Of a stretch of 64,000 nucleotides of DNA, positions 49,076 to 60,510 are shown one piece after another (positions within the stretch are counted from its first letter, which is position 1; each line of letters starts with the position of its first letter). The translations under genes were made by a program, and so were the position numbers. This stretch comes from Anthoceros angustus (taxonomy: Eukaryota > Plantae > Anthocerotophyta), in the NCBI GenBank assembly GCA_010909165.1, contig MU008154.1, positions 248,001 to 312,000 on the forward strand, given 5' to 3'. The notes below the pieces were generated by a model. It had not been told where the DNA came from. It made no database searches and saw only the letters and a program-made list of their open reading frames with translations.

Positions 49076-49106
49076 TAAACTGTCTCACTGCAAATGACAT
49101 GCACAC

Positions 49107-49440
49107 ATAAATTTGCAGCCTGTACTGTTTCAATGATGGGAGTAAGATTTGCATGCACGAGTTGTAATAAATATTTTCCTGGAGTGCACGTGTCAACATT
49201 TGCTTTAAAACTTCTCAAACAACCAATTGCATTACTTAATTCTGGCGGTTCTCTTTATTAAACTGTATCTGGGACAAACATCCTCTGGGTAGATAACATG
49301 ACATGCACAGATAAATTTGCAGCCTGTACTTTTTCAATGATTGGAGTAAGATTTGCAGGTACGAGTGGAATAAATATTTTCCGGAAGTGCACGTGTCGAT
49401 ATTGTCTTTAAAACTTCCTGAAACAACCAATTGCATTACT
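49107..49440. repeat. ~130-bp direct repeat pair
   Basis: ATAAATTTGCAGCCTGTACT...CAATTGCATTACTT at ~49107 and ~49311. Confidence 0.85.
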
Positions 49441-49567
49441 TCATTCCTGCAGTTCCCTTTCTTTTCTCCCTTCCCCTCCACTTGCTTCCTTCCCTCTCTC
49501 CTCCAAGATCCGCGGGCCTCTTTCCTTCTCCTCCCATCTCTATTCCCCTTTCAACATAATCTGTAAT

Positions 49568-49715
49568 CCGCCAACCTTTACGACCCATGCTCTTTTCCTC
49601 GTGCGAGATCTAAAGGGTGTAAAATACTATACACCCTACCCGCCAACCTTTACGACCCATGCTCATTTTCCTCGTGCGAGATCTAAAGGATGTAAAATAT
49701 TATATACCCTACCCG
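49568..49715. repeat. 72-bp tandem duplication abutting a MITE
   Basis: CCGCCAACCTTTACGACCCATGCTC... at 49568 and 49640. Confidence 0.9.
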
Positions 49716-50029
49716 AGGGGTGCTTCAACAGGATAATGCCGAAATAGTTGTTTAAAAAAAACAAGGTTTAATATAAATATTTATATTTTCAAAATTTACG
49801 AAAAATAATTTTATTAAATTGAAATATTTTAATTTATATATATAACTAATGGATATGTATAGACCTCCCCTAAAAAGGCCCTAATTTTCCACACAAACCC
49901 TAGTTTCCTTGTTTTCGGCATCTAAAACTCATAAATTTTTACATATTCAGCATTTTAAGTATGATAACTCCTGGATTTTTATATTTAAATAATTTAATTA
50001 ATTAACGCCGAATCACCCATCGGGTACGG
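49707..50029. mobile_element. AT-rich MITE, second copy of the 9322 family
   Basis: TACCCTACCCGAGGGGTGCTTC ... GAATCACCCATCGGGTACGGTA inverted ends with TA flanks; shared core CCCTAATTTTCCACACAAACCCTAGTTTCC. Confidence 0.8.
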
Positions 50030-51561
50030 TATATTTATCTAATTTTATCTGACTGAAAATTTTCCTAGAAACATCATGGGGTACCATAATATCATTTCTG
50101 CCACGAATTCTTATGTTCAAAGTACGGTGGACCCGACCTGTAGTCTTAGAAATAAGATGTTCCTTAATCTCCACAAATTTTTGATCCATAAGTTTCTTCA
50201 CATAAATTATGTTCTAAATTTGTTGCCTTTCCTTCTATGTTATGAGAGAAAGCATCATTTTCAGTCCTTGTTCTGTAACTTTCTTGAGAGTTTTTTGAAT
50301 TTGTTATCAAAAAATTATAACTTATTATTTATATATTTTAATATTTACAGTATTTTAATACTTGAAAATATCTATAAAATCTTCAAATTTACCAAAAAAA
50401 CAAAAACAGCTTCCATGCCATTGAGATGCTAGAGATAAGAAGGACGGGCTTCAATGCCGTTGGGACACTTAGATAAGGTGGAACGGGGTCTTGCACGTAT
50501 CCCTAAAATCCTGAACTGGCACGTGCCATCGAAAGTGGTGGTATCTGGGCAGGCCACCAGGGCATCCGCTCCCTCCTCTGCAGATGGCGGGGCGGACCCA
50601 CCTTGCACGTGCCACGATGGCGCCATGAAGCTGTACCTATGTGCTATCTTTCTCTCTCTACAAACCATTCGGGTACAAAAAGCCCGGAGGGTCGGAAACC
50701 ATTTTTTAGTCGCGGGGTGACATAGTGGAGGGCTCCGTACTTTTCGGTACCGGCGTACGGCGTCCACCTTGGCAGGGTTTTTTAGGGTTGGAGTTTGGAA
50801 TAAAGGGCCTAAATCTTTCCTCGTGTAAGCAAATCCTGCAGGGCAAGTCCATTTTTGGTATTACGATGAAGGAGCAAATCCTATAACGGCAACTACACTT
50901 TCGTGCATATGGTAGAGAAGCTGTATAGAAGAACAGCCATTATTATTTATATAGATAATATTATTTTATATTTATTCATTGTTAGTCATACATAATAAAC
51001 TCTCTCACTTTCGTGTTTCTTTCCTCTATGCATTATACATGTTATATTTGACCCCGGGTCCCCATTTGTTGTCCCTTCCTAGATGGTCTCTTTCCATTGT
51101 TCTTTCACCTCAATAAATCATCCAAATTTGATACCTTTTCATTGTTGATCACACCTGATATATTCTCTTTACTTTGGCTAGTTTGAATGCTGGCATTTGT
51201 TTAGAAATTTACAATTCTTGTAATATTTATTTAATAATAATAATATTATTATAGAAAAGTTATAATATTTAACATATCTACACGTAGTTATAGATCAATA
51301 ATATATTTTTTGATAAAATATATTTTAATATTATTTATATTAAAATATAAAAATTAGTACCTGTAAAAAACTAAAATAAAATATTAAGTATATTATTGTA
51401 TGAAATAAAAGTACACATAATCATATAAAAATAATTGACTCGAAAAGAAGCATTATTATGAATATATACAAATTCACACTTGGAATACGAAAAATGGTAG
51501 GTAGCATTAACGTGGAGACATACAGACCTGACACTTGGAGCATAGAACAAGAAGAATGTAG

Positions 51562-51700
51562 GTAGGCCCTTTGATATCCTCGACATTCTTGGAACGGTAG
51601 GCCATTCCCATGTAGGCCCTTTGATATCCCGACGACATTCTGGGAGCGGTAGGCCATTCCCATGTAGGCCCTTTGATATCCCGACTAGACAGACATTCTC
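51562..51700. repeat. ~50-bp tandem repeat, 3 units
   Basis: GTAGGCCCTTTGATATCC at 51562, 51612 and 51664, with similar intervening sequence. Confidence 0.9.
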
Positions 51701-53698
51701 GTAGCAGCAGGTAGTTTCAAGATGGGCGACTGCGGGATAGAATACGGGTAACGGAAACTTCATGATGGCACCTAAAGCGTGGGTCCGACCCGCCATTTGC
51801 GGAGGGGCGGGACGGATACGCTGGCAATTGCGGTCATGGAAACGAAATCGCTACACGCTCCGATAAAGTCGCGCCTTAGCGGGTTACGATGAAAAACCTA
51901 TGGTAAACGGGGGGAGGGAAGAGGTGGAGAAGATACACCCTGGATGCAGCCCGTGCTCCTTCGACGGAAGCTCCAATTGGGACTAACGGTATGCAGTCTT
52001 GGTGCTTCCACATCTTAGGTCTCCTCGAATCTATTCGGACGAAGTCAGCTTCAGTTTGCTTCACTTCAGCATTGCAGTTGTTGAAGGGAAGCAAACGCCA
52101 ATGCTTCTAGAAGATCCTATTTCATCATTCTCTTTTGCCAGCATAACATGTGGAGCTTCCGGAACAGCGTTAGCCCGCGTCATTGACGCTCACAAGCTTG
52201 AAGCAAGGTATATTGTCTGAACTTCAAGATCCGTTCTACAATAAGGAAGTGTGATTAGGAGGCTCCTGCAGGGGTCACTAGGTACTACTGCTCTGCAGGA
52301 CTGAGAGTGTCGTCAGTAGGGCACATGCTGTCGCATGGCCGTCCACTTTGCAGACTATTCCTCTCACACCCGCCTGGGTCATCGGTGAGCCTTCCGTGTG
52401 CCACGGGGAACTACATGTGTATGTACTTGGCAAGCAACCTGAAGCAACGAAGGGCACGTTCGTCCAGAATGGCGCAGACGAGAGACGAGAAACGGCAGGA
52501 TCTCTCTCAGCCTGGACCCGGTCACCCGGCTGCTCGTGCTAGCGGCGGGGCCACATTGTCATAGGGCTGCAAGTTGTGGATCCCCTGAAGACCAAACTGC
52601 ATCTGGAGACAGTGGAGAGTCGAGACCCTGGAGTTTCCGTTGGCTGCAACGCCGCTGCGTGTGGGGACGCTGCCCTGTCCTGCTACTGTACATGTACGCC
52701 TGTCTGTAGTAGCCATCATCTTCGTCATGACATGCTCACCGTATGCTGGCGCCATTCCTGATCCCTGCAGCTAGCTGCCAGCGCGGAGCTAATATCGAGG
52801 TGAATATTCAGAGGTCTTCCGTTTCGTTCAGAGTCTTGGACGATGGGCACCGGTCTCTCTCTTCCCGGGACAGTGAACTGTGGCGGAATGTAGCGGCACG
52901 GCCAGTGCCAAGGTGACCGGGAAACTTTTCAAGTTTCAGCAGCTGGAGAGAGTGTGAAACGGGCGGGAAAAGCTCCTCTGCCGTCGAAGTCTCCTTTGCC
53001 ATCGAAGGCTCCTTTTCCATCAAGGCTCCTTTCCCAATCCATTTCTGTCTCTCTTCAGATCTCTAGTCTCGCAGGAGGTAGCAGACTTTAGCTTTTCGCT
53101 TTTCAGTTCCCACGCGATTCGCTTTGACCTGGAGTCAACTTGATGCCCCCTGCAGGCCATGGGCATTGCTGTGATCAACAACCTTACCGGCTGCAACGCA
53201 AAGTGGAGTGGGGATGGGAGACGAATATCTCTATGACTCTCTCTCTCTCTTTGTCTTCTCACCACCCTGTTCAGCAAGGACTGCTCCTACGCAGCTCTTA
53301 CAACTCGACAAGTTGTGAAATTGTCAGAGAGACGTTGCATATTTGGATAAGACATGAGGGTACTGCGTTTGTCTCCCAATTATAGAAGCTCAAGTTGCCA
53401 ACCTTCATGTGCACCTGCAGGAGCTGCTGCTGTGGAGGCCCAACAATGGAGGGTGTTGCTACTTGAATCGGAAGACTGGGCAATCTCTAACTGTTTGGCT
53501 TTCCCGCGAGCTGTCAGTGGGAGCTCAGAGTGTTCTCCGCCCTTTCCCTTCCCGATACAGGTCTGCATTGTCGTACTTGGCTGATGTCTGCGGCTGCTTT
53601 GTTGCCATGAATTGCAAGAGCAGTGCAGCAAGGGATTGTGTTGGGTGCGGAAGCATTGAACTGTCTCATCAGGTGTATGCAGCTATCAGCGAGCCAAA

Positions 53699-56600
53699 AT
53701 GGCAGAGGCAGAGGCACTGGCAGCTGGATTGATCATTGCGCAGTTATTGAATCGAAGTGACCACAGCACCCAAGTGCCGCTAGGGCGCGCTCCGAAGCCG
53801 CATCCCAAGCCGAAGTACAGCTCTCCGCAGGGGGATCTCAATGCCAGGACTTCCAGTTTGCCTCCACCCAAATGCCCAACGATTTATGCTATTGTGACCG
53901 ACCTAGCTCAGGTCGGCGATCCTTACAAGGGAGACGGGGCTCAAGGGATTGACGTTCAGGGCGAACAGATCTTCTTCCCAGCCCTTGTGCCTCTGCACCT
54001 CGAGGATCTGGCTCTTGATGTGGAGTGCCACATTAGCACTGCGTTTGTAACAGTGTCGGGGACATGGTCGGTGAATTGCGTGAAGAGAGGGCTGCGATGC
54101 CAATGCCTTTTGGCCATACCAATGAGCGATCAGGTATGATGAGTTTACGTGCCTTGTTGGACTCCTGAAAGTGGAGCTGCTAGACACTACATAGTGCTCA
54201 GGCTTCTGCATATGCAGGGCACGGTAGCAGCTGTGGAGATTGAGATGGGGAAGGATCGGGTTTACACTACACTGGTTGTACCCAAGGATGAAGCCTCTAG
54301 CTATGGAGCCAAAGGAAGCACGACTGCTAGACTGGATGACTACGACTCATACAATCCTGAGCTGTTTCGTCTCACCATTCCAAACGTACTCATCAAACCC
54401 ATACTTTCCTCAGTTTCGTGACCCGTGCATTCGTGGTGGTGATCAGCTGCGTTAAACTTGCTCTTCTGAGAGGTAGGATCCCTGAAAGCTGCCTTGCACG
54501 GTGTTGTGATGGATTGGCTCTATATCCTCAGGTCGACGGTGGGTTATACCTGCGGTTGAAGGTCACATGGTTTCAAGCGATGACGTTCAAGGATGGTCTA
54601 TATTATGTCAGAGTGCCATTCAGACTTGAAGACCAGTTCTCTCTCTACGAGACCCCCATCTCCACTTTGACTAACCTCACCTGCTTACTGAACTCTGGGA
54701 CATCGGAAACGCTTGAAGTTGGCGAATTCAAACATCCAATGAAGGTGAGATTCCTGCTGTTCTTTCTGTCTTTCTGTCATATTACAGTGAGACGTGAGTA
54801 CAGACCTAGAGTCCATGGAGCAATCCGAAAGCAAGTGGGTGCATCGTGAGATTGGCTTGTAATGCCAGAACAGAGATCTGATTGAACTACTACATTCAGG
54901 AAACTTTCAGGGGGGCTGGAAGTGCCCGTTTTGCAATCGATGTGGAGACCAATGGCTCTGACAAGTGGATCAGCGAGGATTTCGTTGCTTCTTACAAGGT
55001 AGAGTTGATAACACTAGTACTGTTTTTGTTGCTCCTTTCTGCCTCTGTTGCAATCAGGAATGCTTTACCTGGATGACTCTGGTACAGGTATGGTCAAAGG
55101 GAATATTGCCCAACCTCATCGTGCAGGATCCAACATCTGCCGATGTCTATGATCAAAGGGGGACCTTCTGTCTTTCAATTGCCCCTCCAGACCCGACTAA
55201 TGTGCAAGTAACTAACTATTCTTTACCTCCTTTGATTTCTTCTGCCGCGTTTGACATTCATGGAGATGTATCAAGGACTCCACTCTACCTCTGCACCCTG
55301 AGTTTGAATCTACGATGTGTTATCCAGGCTTTTCGGCGGGGTGTAGTATTTCTGCTAGACAGAAGCGGCAGCATGACAGGCAAACCCATAACGGATGCCC
55401 GCCAGGCCTTACTGTTGGGCCTGTCGATGTTGCAAAGTGAAGACACGTTCAATATCGTTGCATTCGATCATGAGGTGCTCCTATTCTCACGTACCCTGGT
55501 AAACGCTACAAAGGATGCCGTGGGCAGAGCAGAAGAGTGGGTAACCACCACGTGTCAAGCACGAGGGGGAACCAATATTCTGACACCATTGCGGCAGGTT
55601 TGTTGGCTGAAGTTGATCAAATGCTGTCGCTGAACAATGCTTGGTCGAGGGTTGAATGTGGTCTCATGGAACTTGTAGGCTGTGGAGATGCTGCGAGGAC
55701 TTGAAGGAGCAGTTCCTTACATATTCCTGATAACAGACGGAGCTGTACAGGATGAGGCTCACATATGTCGTGAGATGCAAGCAGTTATTGCGCAAGGAGG
55801 TCCTGCAACTCCACGGATCTCAACATTTGGCATTGGTTAGAACTTCCCCTAGCAATGCTCAGCATCTCACGTGATGATCGTACGTCATTGACGGTAGTTT
55901 TTGGGGCAAAATTACACTAAGCTGTCAAGCTTCACACAGGCCGTTATTGCAACTATTATTTCTTGAAGATGCTGGCAGTGATCGGGCGAGGGCTGAGCGA
56001 TGTGGCTTTTACTTCAGGTAATCCGGAAAGAGGAGAGCCACATAAGTATGATTGGACTCTATGTCTAGCTCTGAAAGACGACGTTTGCTCGATTCACTAT
56101 GCCGCTTTCCTGCCCCACAGACAAAATTCAGGATCAGATCCAAAGGATGCTTATCGCAGCTTCAACGCCTCTGCTTACAAACATCTCCCTTGCCATCGCT
56201 GATCTACCTCAAGGTTGTGAGGTGAGCTTCACAATTGGGTGGCTTGGTGCCAGTTGACTTTCAGGCTTCCACTCCTGTTCGCATTCCGTCATGTGTCCTA
56301 ACATGTTTTGTTGTAAAAGGTGTATCCATACCCGATCCCCGATCTGTTTTGCGGGAACCCCTTGATTGTGTCAGGAAAATTTCATGGCCAGTTTCCGGAG
56401 TCTATTAAGATAGTTGGTCTTCTGCCGGGAGGGAATGTATGGGAGCTTACAGTTCCATCAAGAAAAGCCCCCCAAATACCTCTAAGCAAGGTCATGATCA
56501 CGTGGTGCAACCATTTCCAATGGCAGCTGCAACATAGCCCTTCAACTCTCCTTTGTTTTGAACTCTCCCTGCCTTGTGACCTATCACAGGTTTTTGCGAA

Positions 56601-57236
56601 GCAACAGCTGGATCTGCTGACAGCACAAGCCTGGCTTCATCAGGATAAGCATATTGAACAGAAGGTGAAGAACGAAAGACATGAAAAGTATCCAGAGCCC
56701 TCTGGGTGCATACTGCGACTAATAAACTCGTCTGACGTTGCAGGCTGTCGATTTGAGTATGGTGACAGGAATCCCATGCGAATACACACGAGTGGTTGGT
56801 TTTGAGACGACGAAGAGCAAGTTCTCAATACTCCAGGAAACGAGACGGATGGTAATATCTGTCACTCATGATGGGAACACGAGCAGTGACTCTGAGTCTG
56901 AACATCCCGGATTAATCTTGTTAACCTTTGCAGGGAAAGAAGGTGGACGTTACAAAATACACCAAGGTCGCAGCTATAGCGGTGGTTGGAGGGTTGGTTA
57001 TCGGGTTCGGCAGCATCGCTGCAACTGCAAGCAATCTTCCGATCGACAGTGCAGCCGAGGCGTTATTTGACGGCGCCTTTGACTGCTGCGGTGACTGCTT
57101 TGATGGTGCCTGTGGCTGCTGCGAATTCATCAGCAACTGCTTTGGCGACGTCGGTGACTGCTGCTGCCCTTGCGACGACTGTGTATCGTGTGTATTCGAA
57201 TCAGTCGTAGACATATGCTGTTCATTTCTTGGGTAG
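53699..57236 (+). CDS. vWA-domain ITIH-related protein, copy 2 (13 exons), with Cys-rich C-terminal tail
   Basis: Same exon structure as copy 1; DRSGS MIDAS; ends DCCGDCFDGACGCC...DICCSFLG*. Confidence 0.9.
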
Positions 57237-57672
57237 CGATGAACTCCGAACAGTTCTTTCACGCACTTCTACCATCTTTGGCAAAATCATCTGCAGACAC
57301 ATGCTGTTCATCCTCGTATAGGAAGGAACTGTTGCCAGTTTATAAAACTACAAGTACTAATTTAATAGCCAGTTCTAATTCACAGCCAGATCATTCAGCC
57401 AGACGTTCACCATTTCGGTGTTGCCTCGTCTTGTAATAATCGAGAAATTCAGAAATTCAAAATACGGTGGAGGGGAGAAATATGTTGTTAGACAACTAGC
57501 AAAATTGTGACGTGCACTGCTTACGTGAGTAGGACATAAACAGAAAAAAGCTGTTGGCATCCTCTCGCACATGTGGCACCCAACCTACAATCCATCTCCC
57601 AAGGCAAGACGGACAATTGTGTCCGAAAATTTTCAAAAACAGCTATGCCCACTTCCTGAAGAAGCCACAACT

Positions 57673-58832
57673 CTAGGAAGAGCTGGCACCGCTACGTAGC
57701 TGACCTTGACCTCTCCGGAACTTCTTCGGAGCAACCTCATCCTCCTGCAGTCCCACAATATCCCGTGAGCTTTCTAGACTTGGTCGTCTCATGTACGCAG
57801 GGAGGCATGATCAGATACACTACCTCTTTTTTCACAGGGGCACTCTGCTCGGAAAGGATGAGCTCGATGTGGCAGGGAGACGACATGTATGCTGCAAACA
57901 GGACAGAGTACAGGATACGGCTTTCAGGAGCAAAATCAAGGAACCAGAAAGAACACGGGTCATCGCAGGATTGCCACATACGGTTAATTCGCCCATGCGC
58001 ACGGTAAGTCCGCCTCCTTTGCTGCTGGGCTTGGTTCACTTGAATGTGCGAAACTACAAGGCTGGACACATCCAACCCCTTCACCTGCACAAGAAATCAA
58101 AAGACGAGTCAGAGCATGAGCTGGGCAGCCTAAAGACCCAAAACCCACTCAATTCCAAGTCAGATAAAGGACTGATCTACCATCTACAACTTTCTACAAC
58201 TAATTACAGAGCAACAAGGTACCTCAGCATTGCTCTGCGCATTCTTCAAAAGGCCCAACAAGAAGGTGGCAGACTTGGCAGGCCACCTCCCTTGTCCATT
58301 GGAATGCCTTGCCTTAGCCTGGGCTGTTCTGCCCACACCACCGCAGAATCTGCGGAAAGGAACGGCTTGCTTGTGGGCGATAACATCCTCCAAAAACCTC
58401 TTGGCCTTCTCGAGGCCCATCCTCTTAATGGCCTGCGCTGTCTCGCGCGTGTTCTGCACGACGATCCAACCAAGCGCATCCCACCACACGTCAGAGAGTG
58501 AAATTCGGTCAAGCCCTAACATCATGAACAACCCAACTGCTAAACCCTCTCCAAACCCCGCAGACGCACTCACCTTGAAATGGACCCGAAGGTCCGAACC
58601 CCTGGCCTTGCATGCTGCAACAACAGAACCCCCACAACGGTCAGGAGAACCACATCACCGACAGCGGGCCACTTGGACCTGCCGACGAATCCATCAGCAA
58701 GAAATACCTTTGGTGATGACCTCCGGCTCGTGCGAGTACTTCACCTATTACACAAGCAGACAAGAGCATCAGAGCACGATCAAGCTGCGGCATCCAGCGC
58801 CCACATAGTAGGACGGCGGCATCCCCTACCAT
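57673..58832 (-). CDS. RPL17: 60S ribosomal protein L17 (uL22), 184 aa; exons 58832-58830, 58744-58708, 58614-58574, 58453-58223, 58084-57982, 57891-57824, 57744-57673
   Basis: [46 protein letters not shown]. Confidence 0.97.
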
Positions 58833-59017
58833 TTTTTTCGACAGCGCAGCCGGCAAACTAGGGGCAGAATGAAAAGGGCAGACTCAGTAGAAGACTCTGT
58901 TTATAAACCCTAAAAACCGACCTGCGTCTCGGCTAGGGTTGAAGCCCTGAGCGAATATGAATTTAGGATGGGGGAATTTTCAGAGTTCTACAGCCTCGGT
59001 GAAGCGGGAGTTGGACA
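58833..59017. promoter_or_regulatory. Bidirectional promoter region RPL17/CGI121 with telo-boxes
   Basis: 185 bp between divergent ATGs; AAACCCTAA at 58905-58913 and TAGGGTT at 58934-58940. Confidence 0.7.
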
Positions 59018-60019
59018 ATGACGGGACATTTGCTGGACACGCAGCCAGGGCATTCTTTGCATCTTCTGCTGTTTACCGATGTCCGAAACAGCAGGTCAGG
59101 ATCATCAAGACTTTGAATTACAGCCGTGATGAAGAATTTTGGACGTTTTATAGATCCATCAAGGCTGCTGTGGTGGAAATGGTGGTCTGATGTCTGATGT
59201 TCCCGCTCTTGCTCTTCGCAGGGAGCTTCTTGAGCTCATGCAGACTGGAGTGCTGACTCCCGAGTTAGCTTTTCTCAACGCTGCTCTTGTGAGGAAGAGG
59301 CAGCCTCGTCTAGTCTCTGCCTCAGGCCGTGGCCCGGATCTGTCTCTTAACATTACCGCTTGTCTTTGTGAAGGTTTCGGATACGTTCCCTATTCTTGCT
59401 GCAGCTCGCAAGGCGCTGTTAGCTCAGTCTCGGCAGACTCTTGCAACACGGACGCTGCATGCTGAAATCATTTACAACTACGCAGGATCCAAACATGTAG
59501 CGAAGTCTTTCAAAATCTGCGTTTTTGGCTCCTGGTCCACTCCCAGACACCTGAAGTTACGTGCTGTTGCAGTGTCTTATGACAGATATCTGAGTCTTTG
59601 CGGAGATGCGGGATCACTGACAGCACGAGCTATGTACTGGTTGCCCGTTTTGATGCTTCCGACGAGGAGGTGCAAATTTTTCGAATATTCTCCTGTGTGT
59701 TATGCCGCGCGACTACCTCAAAGCTCAATGCTTATCATCAACTTGCTGTTTGCCGTTTGATGCAGATAGCGGCAATCCGGAACCTGGTGCAAGGTACCGA
59801 AGTTAGTATCTCAGAGCTGGCTAAGCGAGCAGACAGGGCCCAGATTCTAAAGGTTTGGGTCAAAACGCAAAGGTTTGGGCCACTTGTCCATCTAAACGTG
59901 GTGTTAATCTTCGTGTTTCCCTGATGTCACAGCATTACAAAATATCCTCTCATGAGCTTGAAGTGTCAACTTTGGAAGACGCTGTCACATGTCGCATCGC
60001 GGCGCGAGATGCCTTGTAG
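59018..60019 (+). CDS. CGI121: KEOPS/EKC subunit CGI121/TPRKB, 174 aa; exons 59018-59094, 59222-59288, 59374-59496, 59586-59669, 59766-59852, 59933-60019
   Basis: LFTDVRNSRELL, AFLNAAL, TRTLHAEIIYNYAGSKHISESLRRCGI, HYKIS...CRIAARDAL*. Confidence 0.93.
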
Positions 60020-60510
60020 GTAGTTCTCTGGTAGACGCTTCTCGTGATCAGGCCCAGGGACTGCCTCCGTAGTTGCCTCCTAGCTTTCTTAGTGAGAGTA
60101 CGCACATGTAAACTTCTTCTGGCTACTCGGACACCTCAAAGCCTCTTGTGTAACCTCACGGTACATCGGCAGCGCCTGGAGACGGCCGTGCCAGAAATTC
60201 GTTCGCCGACAAAACCAGCTCGGTTTCGGTTTCCCTTAACCTAAACCGATGTCGAGTGGGCAAGTAAGGAAAAACTATGTTCTGGAGGAAGGAAGGCTCC
60301 AGCCTACGAGGCTCGCCTCGGAAGACGAGTACTGAGAAATGTTGCCCCTCTATCATCGCCCAGTGAAGGAGCGACTGGGAGTGTCGGAATGTTGATTTTT
60401 CTGGGCATTTGCGCGTCGTGTAAGGACGGACGTGGTGCTGCAGGAACTGCAGCTTATGACTGTCAGGAGATCGATTGAGTTGGAAATTCGTGACGCAGCC
60501 CGGTGTTCCA

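Noticed and set aside
50475-50772. Possible MITE with AAGGTGG(A)ACG / CGTCCACCTT ends
   Set aside because: The inverted match is only ~10 bp, with no TSD and no second copy in the window.
51562-51700. CRISPR-like spacing of an 18-bp repeat
   Set aside because: The intervening sequences are themselves similar, there are only three units, no cas genes are present and the context is eukaryotic: a plain tandem repeat.
53400-53500. WW-domain-like YLNRKTG peptide
   Set aside because: Lies in the duplicated upstream region of the vWA gene; the homologous copy at ~44920 does not preserve it and the flanking Trp residues are missing.
57982-58707. Intronic C/D snoRNAs in RPL17 (as in animals)
   Set aside because: Box C/D-like words are too close together or degenerate, with no terminal stems.
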